Position numbers and translations under genes: made by a program
Assembly (NCBI GenBank): GCA_963696385.1
Contig: CAVOKF010000007.1
Location: 896,001 to 960,000, forward strand
Source: an uncultured delta proteobacterium
GTDB taxonomy: Bacteria; Myxococcota_A; Polyangia; Polyangiales; Polyangiaceae
DNA: 64,000 nt
Direction: 5' to 3'
Shown here: positions 1-9,458 of the stretch, piece by piece
Position numbering within the stretch: the first letter of the stretch is position 1
Layout of the letters: every line of letters starts with the position of its first letter
The notes under the pieces: generated by a model
Databases searched by the model: none
What the model saw: the letters and a program-made list of their open reading frames with translations, nothing else
What the model was told of the DNA's origin: nothing

Positions 1-2044
1 GATCCTCGGCGTGGACAAGCGCTTCGCCCTGCCCGCGTACGAAGACGCCTGGTACTACCTTTGGCGGGAGCGGCGGCTGCCGGTCAACGCCGACCCCCAC
101 GACTCGCGGCTCGAAGACGAAGGCGAGCGAGCGCGTCTCGCTCGCGTGTTCGAACAGGGCCTCAAGGCGATCGTGGGCTATGCGCTGCCGCTGAGAGAGC
201 TCGGGACCGCGGCCGACCCGGACAAAGGACCCGCTTGGCAGAGCGGCGCCTGGTTTCTGCGCCGAGAGCGAATGGTTCTTCTACCCGGCGATTCGCCGAT
301 GGGCTACCGGCTCCCGCTCGACTCGCTGCCCTGGGTCGCCGCCGGCGACTATCCGCACTTGATCTTGCCGGACCCTTCGGCCGAGACCAAGCGGTTGCCG
401 CCTCGCGAGCGCTTCGCGACGGTGACCAGGGGGCAATCGGTGCGAGCGAGCCCGACCCCCGAGTCGTCCACGCCCCCGGAGCGCTTCCAATCGGACCCAC
501 GTGTCGTGCGCACCGCCCTGTGCATCGAGCCACGAAACGGCGTCATGCACGTTTTCATGCCGCCGCTCGAGACCGTGGAGGCGTACCTGTCGCTCTGCGC
601 TGCGGTCGAATCGGCCGCGCAAACGGTGGGCCGCGCCGTCCGCATCGAGGGCTATCACCCTCCGTCCGATCCGCGGATCGGTCGGCTCCAAGTCACGCCG
701 GATCCCGGCGTGATCGAAGTGAACATTCATCCGTCGGCCAACTGGCAAGAGCTCGTGCACAACACGACGACTCTCTACGAGGAAGCCCACAAGACCGAGT
801 TGCGGGCGGAGAAGTTCATGATGGACGGCCGCCATTGCGGCACCGGGGGCGGCAATCACGTCGTGCTCGGAGGTCCGACGACGACCGACAGCCCCGTCCT
901 GCGACGTCCGCACCTTCTGAAGAGCCTCGTCCATTACTGGCTCAATCATCCGTCGCTTTCGTACCTGTTCTCGGGATTGTTCATCGGCCCGACCAGCCAA
1001 GCGCCGCGGGTCGACGAAGCCCGAAACGACGCTCTGTACGAGCTTGAGATTGCCTTCCAACAGCTCGCCGCGAACGCCCACCCACCCGGACAGGTCCCCC
1101 CGTGGTTTGTCGACCGAACGCTACGCAACCTGCTGGTCGACGTCACCGGAAATACCCATCGCGCGGAGTTCTGCATCGACAAGCTGTTCAGCCCCGAGGG
1201 AATCGCAGGGCGTCACGGCTTGGTCGAGCTCCGCTCGTTCGAAATGCCGCCGCATCCTCGCATGAGCCTCACCCAGCAGCTGCTCGTGCGGGCTCTGGTC
1301 GCGTCGTTCTGGACGCAGCCGTACGACACACCACTCATCCGATGGGGAACCGAACTCCACGATCGCTTCATGCTGCCGCACTTCGTGCAGGACGATTTCG
1401 AAGACGTGCTCGTCGACCTCAGACGGGCCGGATTCGACTTCGATCCCGCCTGGTTCCGTCCCCATCACGAATTCCGCTTTCCGCTGCTCGGCCGCGTCGA
1501 GGGCAGAACGGGGATCGTCCTCGAGCTCCGGCAGGCGATCGAGCCGTGGCACGTATTGGGGGAGGAAAGCACCGCCGGCGTGACATCGCGCTCCGTCGAC
1601 TCGTCGGTCGAGCGGCTCGAGGTGAAGGCGAGCGGCATCGTCGACGGCCGCCACGTGATTGCGTGCAACGGGCGGCGGGTCCCCTTGCGTCCGACCGGAA
1701 CGAACGGCGAAATGGTCGGCGGGGTTCGGTATCGGGCCTGGCGGCCGCCCGCCGCTCTGCATCCGGGGATCGGCGTTCATTCGCCGCTCGTCGTGGACGT
1801 CATCGACGGTTGGAACGAACACGCCATCCTCGGGTGCCAATACCATGTGACCCATCCCGGCGGCCTGTCGGTCTCGCAGTTCCCGCGAAACAGCTTCGAG
1901 GCGGAGACCCGGCGGGCGGCTCGCTTTTGGGCATTCGGCCATACGCCCGGCCATCGTCGTCCGCCCCGCGAAGAGCCCAATCCGGAATTCCCGTTCACGC
2001 TGGATCTACGACGATCGGCTCCAGACCGGACCGAGGTCGAATGA
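1..2044 (+). CDS. DUF2126-type (putative amidoligase / transglutaminase-family) protein, C-terminal part; 5' end lies outside the window
   Basis: Frame open from the window edge; motifs LQVTPDPGVIEVNIHP, GTGGGNHVVLGG, LFIGPTSQAPRVDEAR, GNTHRAEFCIDKL and C-terminal EFPFTLDLRR. Confidence 0.85.
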   Translation, partial: ILGVDKRFALPAYEDAWYYLWRERRLPVNADPHDSRLEDEGERARLARVFEQGLKAIVGYALPLRELGTAADPDKGPAWQSGAWFLRRERMVLLPGDSPMGYRLPLDSLPWVAAGDYPHLILPDPSAETKRLPPRERFATVTRGQSVRASPTPESSTPPERFQSDPRVVRTALCIEPRNGVMHVFMPPLETVEAYLSLCAAVESAAQTVGRAVRIEGYHPPSDPRIGRLQVTPDPGVIEVNIHPSANWQELVHNTTTLYEEAHKTELRAEKFMMDGRHCGTGGGNHVVLGGPTTTDSPVLRRPHLLKSLVHYWLNHPSLSYLFSGLFIGPTSQAPRVDEARNDALYELEIAFQQLAANAHPPGQVPPWFVDRTLRNLLVDVTGNTHRAEFCIDKLFSPEGIAGRHGLVELRSFEMPPHPRMSLTQQLLVRALVASFWTQPYDTPLIRWGTELHDRFMLPHFVQDDFEDVLVDLRRAGFDFDPAWFRPHHEFRFPLLGRVEGRTGIVLELRQAIEPWHVLGEESTAGVTSRSVDSSVERLEVKASGIVDGRHVIACNGRRVPLRPTGTNGEMVGGVRYRAWRPPAALHPGIGVHSPLVVDVIDGWNEHAILGCQYHVTHPGGLSVSQFPRNSFEAETRRAARFWAFGHTPGHRRPPREEPNPEFPFTLDLRRSAPDRTEVE

Positions 2045-2259
2045 TTCCAGACCGCGCGCGAACGCGCGAGGGACGAGCCGCCGATCGCGCGCTGAAAAAC
2101 GCCGACGTCGGAGCCACGCGTCGCCACGGCGGCCCGGCCGTGGCGCGGGCGCGTGCGGACGAGCGCCTCGGAGACTCAGCCCGAAACGCCGGTGGCAGAG
2201 GTGCCGGCCGCTGACTAGATTGGCTGGAGCGTCCGGGCGCGCGGAGCGCACGGACCCCG

Positions 2260-4329
2260 ATGACCGATCTGCGGCCCATGGAGAACCCTCTCGTCGTCCA
2301 GAAGGCGGACGATCTGCCCGACTTCGATCGAATCCGTCCGGATCACGCGGAGCCGGCGGTCGACCTCGTCCTGTCGGAGAACCGGTCCCGCTTGCGTTCC
2401 GTTCTCGACGACGTCAGCCGGCCGGACGAGCCCGTAACCTGGGAGCGGCTGATCGATCCGCTCGACGACATGAGCGAGCGCCTGGCGCGCGCGTGGGGGC
2501 CCGTCTCGCACCTGTTTGCCGTCACCAGCACCGCCGAGTGGCGCGCTGCGTACAACGCCTGTCTGCCGAAGGTCACCGGCTACCACCTCGAATTGTCGCA
2601 GAACGAGGTCCTTTATCGGGCGTACGAACGCCTATCGAAAGCCGAGAGCGGTCCAGAGCTTTCGGGGGTGCGCCGAAAGGTCGTCCACGACGCCCTGCGC
2701 GACTTCACCCTCTCAGGGGTCGCGCTCCCCGAGGATCGACGCAAGCGGTTTCGCGATGTGGCTTTGCGCCTGTCCCAACTGCAATCCAAGTTCCAGGAAA
2801 ATGTGCTGGACTCCGCTCAGGCTTGGAATAAGCACATCACGGACGAGTCGGCGCTTTGTGGCATGACCGCGCAAGGCAAGGCCCTCGCTCGATCGCGCGC
2901 GGCCGCCAAGGGCCTCGAAGGTTTCCGCCTGACTCTCGATTTCCCGACGTACGACGCGGTCGTCAGTTACGCCGACGATCGCGACCTGCGCCGGGAACTC
3001 TACGAAGCGTACTGCACACGCGCGTCGGATGCAGGCCCGCTAGCAGGCCAATTCGACAACAGCGCTCTCATGGAGGAGATCCTCGCGCTCCGCCACGAGC
3101 AAGCGCTCATCCTGGGGTTTTCGAATTACGCCGCAATGTCGCTCGCGACGAAGATGGCCGACTCGCCGGAGGAGGTCGAGCGATTCCTACTGGACCTCGG
3201 CCGGCGCGCTCGCGGGCGGGCTCAGGCCGAGCTCGACGAGCTGGCGGCGTTTGCGCAGCAGCGAGGGGGGCCTTCGGACTTCCAGCCCTGGGACGTGCCG
3301 TACTACACGGAGAAATTGAAGGAGCAGAAGCTCGGTTTTTCCGATGAGGCGATCCGCCCTTATTTTCAAGCACCGACGGTCCTTCGGGGCATGTTCGAGC
3401 TCGTGCAACGCCTCTACGGTATCCGCATCGAGCCGATCGGCGGCATCGCCACCTGGCATCCGGACGTCACGACGTACGCGGTCCTCGACGACAACGGGCG
3501 TCGAATTGGCGCCTTCTACCTGGACCCTTATGCGCGCGACGACAAGCGCGGCGGCGCGTGGATGGATGAGTGCGTCGGGCGGCGCCGGCTCCCAACGGCC
3601 GTCCAGGCGCCCGTGGCCTACCTTACATGCAACTTCGCACCGCCTCTCGCCGGCGAGCCGGCGCTTTTGACTCATGAGGAAGTCGTCACGCTGTTCCACG
3701 AGTTCGGTCATGGGCTGCATCACCTGCTTACGCGCGTCGACGAGCCTGCCGTGTCGGGCATCCGCGGAGTCGAGTGGGACGCCGTGGAGCTGCCGAGCCA
3801 GTTCATGGAAAACTGGTGTTACGATCGCGTCGCGCTGAGCGGGTTTGCTCGCCACTGGCAAACGGGGGAAAAATTGCCGGAATCGTTACTGGAAAAGCTG
3901 AGGGCAAGCCGTACCTTTCATGCCGCCCTCGCGACGATGCGACAGCTCGAGTTCGGCTTGTTCGACCTGCGAGTGCACCGCGATTACGACCCGGCGGCCG
4001 GCGGCCGGATCCTGCAAGTGCTCGGGCAAGTGCGGAGCGAAATCAGCGTTTTGCAACCACCCGCGTGGAATCGAATGCCGAACAGCTTCTCTCACGTGTT
4101 TGCAGGCGGATATGCGGCCGGGTACTATAGCTATAAGTGGGCCGAGGTGTTGAGTGCGGACGCCTTCGCCGCCTTCGAAGAAAGTGGCTTTTCACCGGAC
4201 ACCGGCCTGCGATTTCGCGACACGATCCTGGCCCAGGGAGGGTCCCGCGAGATGATGGATCTGTTCGTCGAATTCCGGGGCCGAAGGCCGAGTCTGGAGC
4301 CTCTTCTCCGGTTGAGCGGGCTCGCGTGA
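2260..4329 (+). CDS. prlC: Oligopeptidase A (M3 family zinc metallopeptidase)
   Basis: 689 aa; TLFHEFGHGLHH (HExxH), WDAVELPSQFMENW, FSHVFAGGYAAGYYSYKWAEVL. Confidence 0.93.
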   Translation: MTDLRPMENPLVVQKADDLPDFDRIRPDHAEPAVDLVLSENRSRLRSVLDDVSRPDEPVTWERLIDPLDDMSERLARAWGPVSHLFAVTSTAEWRAAYNACLPKVTGYHLELSQNEVLYRAYERLSKAESGPELSGVRRKVVHDALRDFTLSGVALPEDRRKRFRDVALRLSQLQSKFQENVLDSAQAWNKHITDESALCGMTAQGKALARSRAAAKGLEGFRLTLDFPTYDAVVSYADDRDLRRELYEAYCTRASDAGPLAGQFDNSALMEEILALRHEQALILGFSNYAAMSLATKMADSPEEVERFLLDLGRRARGRAQAELDELAAFAQQRGGPSDFQPWDVPYYTEKLKEQKLGFSDEAIRPYFQAPTVLRGMFELVQRLYGIRIEPIGGIATWHPDVTTYAVLDDNGRRIGAFYLDPYARDDKRGGAWMDECVGRRRLPTAVQAPVAYLTCNFAPPLAGEPALLTHEEVVTLFHEFGHGLHHLLTRVDEPAVSGIRGVEWDAVELPSQFMENWCYDRVALSGFARHWQTGEKLPESLLEKLRASRTFHAALATMRQLEFGLFDLRVHRDYDPAAGGRILQVLGQVRSEISVLQPPAWNRMPNSFSHVFAGGYAAGYYSYKWAEVLSADAFAAFEESGFSPDTGLRFRDTILAQGGSREMMDLFVEFRGRRPSLEPLLRLSGLA

Positions 4330-4339
4330 GTCGCGATGG

Positions 4340-4366
4340 CTTGACTGGACGAATTAAAGCGTCAAG
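4340..4366. promoter_or_regulatory. Inverted repeat CTTGAC-N15-GTCAAG, candidate operator or promoter element
   Basis: cttgac tggacgaattaaagc gtcaag in an AT-richer gap just upstream of the ATG at 4384. Confidence 0.3.
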
Positions 4367-4383
4367 GATGGGTAATCGTAGTT

Positions 4384-5025
4384 ATGCGCGAACATGCCGT
4401 ATCTGAAGGGCGTGAGTTGGCGTCCGCCGTGGAGCAGCTCGCCGACCGATTCGCAGCGAAGTGGACCGGATCGGTTCACGATCGCCAAGTGCGCGAGCTC
4501 ACCCACGAATTCTTATTCGATGTGGTCGACACGTTGCGCAGAGCCTCGATCGTCGAGATCGCCGAGGCGCTGGCGGCGCTCGAGCGAGACAAAGCCCGCA
4601 TCTCCGCGGCCGCACGCCGGCCCCTCGAAAGGGTTCGCGACCGCGATCGGGCGGATGAACGGACCAAACGAACCGGTGCGGTGGCCGAGGAGCCCGAGTT
4701 GGCGCCGCTATCGCCGGACGCATCGCGCAAGAGTCGAGACCCGTTCGACATCACGAAACCGGGCGAACTTTTGGAGCCGACGTCCGTCGAGACCCGCCGC
4801 GACGACGATTTGCCGCCCTCGTCCGAGCGACGCGCCTCCGCGTCTCGTGCCGAGTCGACGACCGGCGTCGTCGGCATGCAGACGACGAGGCGCCCGGCGG
4901 CGACTCCGCAACGGACCGTCGAAGCCGTTCGCCCGCAGCCTCCGGCGGTGACGCTTCGCGAGGGTGAGCAACTTCTGAGGACAGGCGGATCGGGCGTCGT
5001 CATCCGGCGCGCGCGCATCGCGTAG
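4384..5025 (+). CDS. Hypothetical protein (helical N-terminus, low-complexity middle)
   Basis: 213-aa ORF filling the gap between prlC and the convergent operon; plausible composition. Confidence 0.6.
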   Translation: MREHAVSEGRELASAVEQLADRFAAKWTGSVHDRQVRELTHEFLFDVVDTLRRASIVEIAEALAALERDKARISAAARRPLERVRDRDRADERTKRTGAVAEEPELAPLSPDASRKSRDPFDITKPGELLEPTSVETRRDDDLPPSSERRASASRAESTTGVVGMQTTRRPAATPQRTVEAVRPQPPAVTLREGEQLLRTGGSGVVIRRARIA

Positions 5026-5107
5026 CTCGCACGAATCGCCCAGGATCGGTCCCGGCAGCCTCGACGTTTCCGGTCCGTCGCCGGGATCACGCGCGATGGC
5101 CCTGCTT

Positions 5108-5830
5108 TCAATAGCTGACCGCCAACGCAAAACGGAGGAATGCGCCGCGCAGGCCCAGCGACCCGAGGTCCACGGCGGCGGCCGTTTGTCCATCGTTGGA
5201 CGTCGGCGTGAGCGCCAGCCGGTTGTCGACGACCCACGAATACCCCGCATCGCCCTGGAGCCAGATTCGCACGGCTCGCCCGGGGTGCTCGGGTAGCGGC
5301 AGCACGGGGACCGCATAGCCCGCGCTCGCGTCGGTCGTGAACAGCCAGATCGACTTCGTCAGCGCCGAAGGCGCGGACGGGTCGTCCACTTCGGAGCGCT
5401 CCCCTGCGATGCCGGGGGCGACGCGCACGAACACGTATCCAAAGGGTCCAAAGTGCGCACGCCCCTCGAGCGGCACCGTGAGTCGGTTCACCTTGAGAGA
5501 CGTCGAATCGCCGCGCGCGGTAGCCTCGGCGGCGCCGTAGTCCCAGGAGACGCCCGGCGCGAAAGCGAAGCGCCCGTGCGTGTAGACGGTGCGCGAAAGG
5601 GTGAGCGAAGCGCCCGAAAAATAGTCGTCCGTCGAAAACGGGTTGTACCCGGCGTTGGTGACGAACACGCCGCGGTACCCGACCTCGAAACGGGCGACCT
5701 CCTCTCGCCAATCGCCCGCGCGAGTCGACGGACTCCAACCGGCTTCCGGCTCGGACTGAGCGCGAGCCGCCGGACCCCCCAGGACGACGACGACGGCCAT
5801 CGCGGCGGGGATTGCTGCGTACGCTTTCAC
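5108..5830 (-). CDS. Secreted small outer-membrane beta-barrel-like protein
   Basis: Signal peptide (MKAYAAIPAAMAVVVVLGGPAARA), alternating beta-strand pattern, C-terminal aromatic FLRFALAVSY; 4-bp overlap with the upstream gene. Confidence 0.7.
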   Translation of the reverse strand: MKAYAAIPAAMAVVVVLGGPAARAQSEPEAGWSPSTRAGDWREEVARFEVGYRGVFVTNAGYNPFSTDDYFSGASLTLSRTVYTHGRFAFAPGVSWDYGAAEATARGDSTSLKVNRLTVPLEGRAHFGPFGYVFVRVAPGIAGERSEVDDPSAPSALTKSIWLFTTDASAGYAVPVLPLPEHPGRAVRIWLQGDAGYSWVVDNRLALTPTSNDGQTAAAVDLGSLGLRGAFLRFALAVSY

Positions 5831-7503
5831 GGGGCCTCCAGCAGCAGCGACGACGTGCGGCGCGACGGCGTCGTGTTCGGGGTTAGTGCATTGAAGACCG
5901 TCGCGCCCACGGTTCCCTCGAGATGCAGGGCGACCAGCGCTCTCGCCGGACCCGCACCGGCAACGGCGATGTCGTATGCGGCGTCAATCGGTGCCGTGTC
6001 GTTGAGCGGTATCGGGTTCAGGGAGTTGAAGTCGATCATCTCGAGCTCGGTCCCACCCGGCACGAAGGCCCATACGCGACCGCCGTCCGGCGCGATGGAC
6101 AGCGTTAGCGTCGGATCCGTCATCGTCGTCAGGGGGGCGACTTCATCCGATTGGAGATTGAGGACGAAAAATCCACTGCCGTTCGACGGCTCGAGCACCA
6201 TCAAGCTCGACGACTCGGGTACGTCGCTGACCCTCTGGATCGGGACGGACACGCCGGGTACGTCGATGCTGAAATAGGACTGCGTCAACGCCTGTCCGAG
6301 AGTCCACAACGCGACCCCGGTCGTGTTGCCGCCGTTCCAAAGCAGCGCGACGTCCGACGACGACGCCCCTGCCGCGGCCGCGGGTGTGACGAGGGACAAG
6401 GTCGAGTAGGGTTGCGGCAGGCTCACGGTGGGCGGAATGACCCCACTACCGGCCGGGGAGGGGTCGACGAGGAGCGCGGCCGTCAACTGGGGGATGAGGA
6501 CCGCGAGACGCAGCGAGCCGTTCGCGTGCACGAACGCCATGTCCGACACGATGCCGCCCACGGGGGTTTGACTGACGACCGGGCTGAAATCGTTTTTGTC
6601 CGTTGGGCTCGGCGGACCGAACGAGACGATGTAGACGTTCGTATCGTTCGACGTGCGAACGGCGAGAACCGCGTCGCCCATATCCGTCGAATCGAACCCG
6701 TCGACGGCGACGCCTGCCGGCGTCGTCGATTGCGCGCTGGCTTCGGGCGTCAGAGGAATGGTGAACTCCGGGGGCGGGTCGGGATCGAACGCGTGGTCGA
6801 GATCGAGCAGGCTCACGTCAATCTGGGTCTGGATCACGAGCAGTCGTCGATCCCCGTTCACGCTGCCGCCGGGCACGGCCGGGCCCAACGCCGGATCGAC
6901 GAGCAGCGGAGGGGTGAAGGTAAGTTGCTGCGGGGTTCCCCCGAAGCTTTGCAGCGTGTGCGTGATCGGATTGGGTTTGGCCGTCGTCGCGCTCGCCGGC
7001 GGCGACGTGAGGTCGAAGATGACGAGCTCGTTCTGGTTCTGGACGAGCCCCCCCGTCTGTGCGTACGCCACGGCCCAATGCCCCAATGGATCGACGGCGA
7101 GATTCCCGTAGGGCTGCGACATCGGATACTGCTGAGCGGTGACTTTGGACGTCGTCGGATTGACTTGAATCGTCGTCAGCGACGGGCCTTCTTGCGCGTT
7201 CGTCGGATTCGTGTCGCCCGCCGACAGGACGAACAGGGTCGACCCGTCGGCGGACGTCTTGGTCGTCGCGACGCTGGGCCCGATGGGGTAAGAACTTGGC
7301 GTGAGGTTCAAGTCCGCGTCCGCCGTGAGAACGACGACGCGGTGATCCGTGTCGTCGACGAGCGCGACGCCGCTCGGAAGACCCACGGTCGTCGTGACAT
7401 TGACCGGAGAGTTCCAATACGACGGACGCGATCCGCACCCGGCGATCACGCACAAGGCGGCGAACGCGGGAAGCGCCGACCGCAACCCCGAGGCCGCGCT
7501 CAT
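5827..7503 (-). CDS. Lipoprotein, probable beta-propeller
   Basis: Lipobox CVIAGC; repeats such as SADGSTLFVL, VDPLGHWAVAY, IAPDGGRVWAF; ATGA overlap with the upstream gene. Confidence 0.7.
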   Translation of the reverse strand: MSAASGLRSALPAFAALCVIAGCGSRPSYWNSPVNVTTTVGLPSGVALVDDTDHRVVVLTADADLNLTPSSYPIGPSVATTKTSADGSTLFVLSAGDTNPTNAQEGPSLTTIQVNPTTSKVTAQQYPMSQPYGNLAVDPLGHWAVAYAQTGGLVQNQNELVIFDLTSPPASATTAKPNPITHTLQSFGGTPQQLTFTPPLLVDPALGPAVPGGSVNGDRRLLVIQTQIDVSLLDLDHAFDPDPPPEFTIPLTPEASAQSTTPAGVAVDGFDSTDMGDAVLAVRTSNDTNVYIVSFGPPSPTDKNDFSPVVSQTPVGGIVSDMAFVHANGSLRLAVLIPQLTAALLVDPSPAGSGVIPPTVSLPQPYSTLSLVTPAAAAGASSSDVALLWNGGNTTGVALWTLGQALTQSYFSIDVPGVSVPIQRVSDVPESSSLMVLEPSNGSGFFVLNLQSDEVAPLTTMTDPTLTLSIAPDGGRVWAFVPGGTELEMIDFNSLNPIPLNDTAPIDAAYDIAVAGAGPARALVALHLEGTVGATVFNALTPNTTPSRRTSSLLLEAP

Positions 7504-9332
7504 GGGTCGGTCCCTTCGACGGCTTCGACGATGCCGGCGTTGAGATCGAACCCCGTGATCGTGCGCAATCCCCCGTCGTCGTCGGGGCTCAGGTCGATGA
7601 ACGTGATTCTTCCCTCCGAGTAGCTCTGGGCGACGTAGCCGGTCGCGCCAGCGTCGCTCGAGGCGCCAGCGTCGCTCGAGGCGCCAGCGTCGCTCGAGGC
7701 GCCAGCGTCGCTCGACGCGCCGAGCACGATCCCGACCGCGATCGGCGGACTTGCCAGCGGGTACTCCGTGCTCACGAGCGAGGGCATCGCGGCCATGTAC
7801 ACGGCATAGGTGGCGGTCGTGTCGTCGCTGATGGTGACGAGCGCGCGATCGTCGGTCAGTGCGACGGCGGTCGGTGCCGCGGACAAGGGAACGAGGACCG
7901 CGGGCAGGTCGCTCGCGATCGGCACGACGCTGAAGGCGCCCTTGTCCGTCGAGCCGGCGGGTAGCTGGTGCAGAACGACGGCATTCTGGGCGTCGCTGGT
8001 GGGGAATACGGCCAGCACCGGCGCGTGCAGCGGGATCGTGCGGTAGGTGGGCGTCGGTTGGAACGTCAGGACCGTCAGCTGGTCGACCGGAGCGGCGGTC
8101 GTGAAAAGAAGCGCGGTGTCACCCTGACTGGTTACGACAGCGCGTCCGATCGTCTGCCCCTCGATCGTCGTCGTCGTGAACGACGTCGGGTCGCTCACGA
8201 TACCGGGAATGGGAAGGACCACGACCGTGGCCGTGTCGCGGAGCACCGCGACGGCAAAAGTCCCCGTCGGGGACATCGTGAGGTCGGTCGGAAAGTCCGG
8301 GAGCGAGACCGCGGTCGTCTTGCCGTCGGCCATGGATATGACCGCAATCGATTGCACGCCGTCTTGCCGCACGAGAGCGTAGCTCGCGTCCGGCGTAAAC
8401 GAGACATCCGGGCTGCCCGAGGCGGTCATGGCCGTCGCGTCGATGGGTGCGGTGAGACTGCCGTCGAGGCCCGCATCCTCCACCGATTCGGAGTCCGGGG
8501 AAGCGTCCGGCAATCCGCTCGCGGTCGCCCCGAGGGGATAATTGGCTGTCGCGGAACCAGCCACCAAATCGATCACCGAGATGCCGTCGCTCGTAACGGC
8601 GTACGCGTGGGTTTCGTCGCCCGAAAACACCATCTGGACCGGCAGAAACCCGACGGAAAGGAGCTTCGGCGCAAGGGCTCCGGTGACGTCCAGGACCTCG
8701 ATGGATTGGTAGCCCTGTTCGGGGTCCGGGTTCGACACCAGAGTCGTATTGGTCCAGGCGATGGCCCAACGACCCCTCGACGAGACTGCCCATGCGTTCG
8801 CATACGGCGTTGCGGGCAGGCTCGTCATCGTGAGTTGCCCGTCGATGTCGGGGCCACTCGCGGGCGGAACGAGCGAAAAGAGTGTGGCGTCCTGAGACAC
8901 GACGTTCAACACGATCGCCAGGTCGTGGGGCGGGTTGTCCGCGGGGTTGGGATCGGGGACCGCGGCGAGAACCGTGGGCCCGTCGCCCGCGGGCGCAGTC
9001 TTCACTTCGAAGTTTTTCGCGTCGATGTAGGCGACGCGCCCGCTCGTGGGGTTTGCGATCCACACGACATTTCCCGTGGCCACCGGCGATTGGTATTCGC
9101 TCTCGACCTTCATTTCGGGTGGCAATGCAACGGCGGCGGCGCCGCTCCCCGAGCCAGCCGACGACCCCGAACCGGTGTTGCCCGAAACCGCCGGGCCGGC
9201 TCCGCCAGCGCCTGTGTTGCTGTTGTTGCCCTCTCCCTCAAGCGTCGCCGCGGTGGAGGAGCCGGCGGAGCAGCCGCCCGCAACGATTGCGATGGCAGCG
9301 GCAACGATCGCTTCGCGTGAACACCCCTTCAT
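7500..9332 (-). CDS. Lipoprotein, probable YncE/YVTN-like beta-propeller
   Basis: ATG 9332 preceded by GGGAGG; lipobox VAGGC; VWIANPTSGRVAYID, FSGDETHAYAV, FTPDASYALV, MSPTGTFAVAV. Confidence 0.7.
   Translation of the reverse strand: MKGCSREAIVAAAIAIVAGGCSAGSSTAATLEGEGNNSNTGAGGAGPAVSGNTGSGSSAGSGSGAAAVALPPEMKVESEYQSPVATGNVVWIANPTSGRVAYIDAKNFEVKTAPAGDGPTVLAAVPDPNPADNPPHDLAIVLNVVSQDATLFSLVPPASGPDIDGQLTMTSLPATPYANAWAVSSRGRWAIAWTNTTLVSNPDPEQGYQSIEVLDVTGALAPKLLSVGFLPVQMVFSGDETHAYAVTSDGISVIDLVAGSATANYPLGATASGLPDASPDSESVEDAGLDGSLTAPIDATAMTASGSPDVSFTPDASYALVRQDGVQSIAVISMADGKTTAVSLPDFPTDLTMSPTGTFAVAVLRDTATVVVLPIPGIVSDPTSFTTTTIEGQTIGRAVVTSQGDTALLFTTAAPVDQLTVLTFQPTPTYRTIPLHAPVLAVFPTSDAQNAVVLHQLPAGSTDKGAFSVVPIASDLPAVLVPLSAAPTAVALTDDRALVTISDDTTATYAVYMAAMPSLVSTEYPLASPPIAVGIVLGASSDAGASSDAGASSDAGASSDAGATGYVAQSYSEGRITFIDLSPDDDGGLRTITGFDLNAGIVEAVEGTDP
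7645..7721. repeat. 18-bp tandem repeat x4 (gcgccagcgtcgctcgag) encoding (SSDAGA)n
   Basis: Units start at 7645, 7663, 7681, 7699. Confidence 0.95.
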
Positions 9333-9458
9333 CGAACCCTCCCGTGCGCCTCGCCGTACGCCACGATCGAGCTTATGCAACCTTGAGCCCACATGCCAAA
9401 TCACGCGCTATTTGCACATTGCATGGATCCGGGCCAGGACAGCGATGTCGCAATTGGC

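Noticed and set aside
9370..9440. Sigma-54 promoter for the lipoprotein operon (minus strand TGGCCCGGATCCATGC)
   Set aside because: GG-to-GC spacing is 11 nt rather than the required 10
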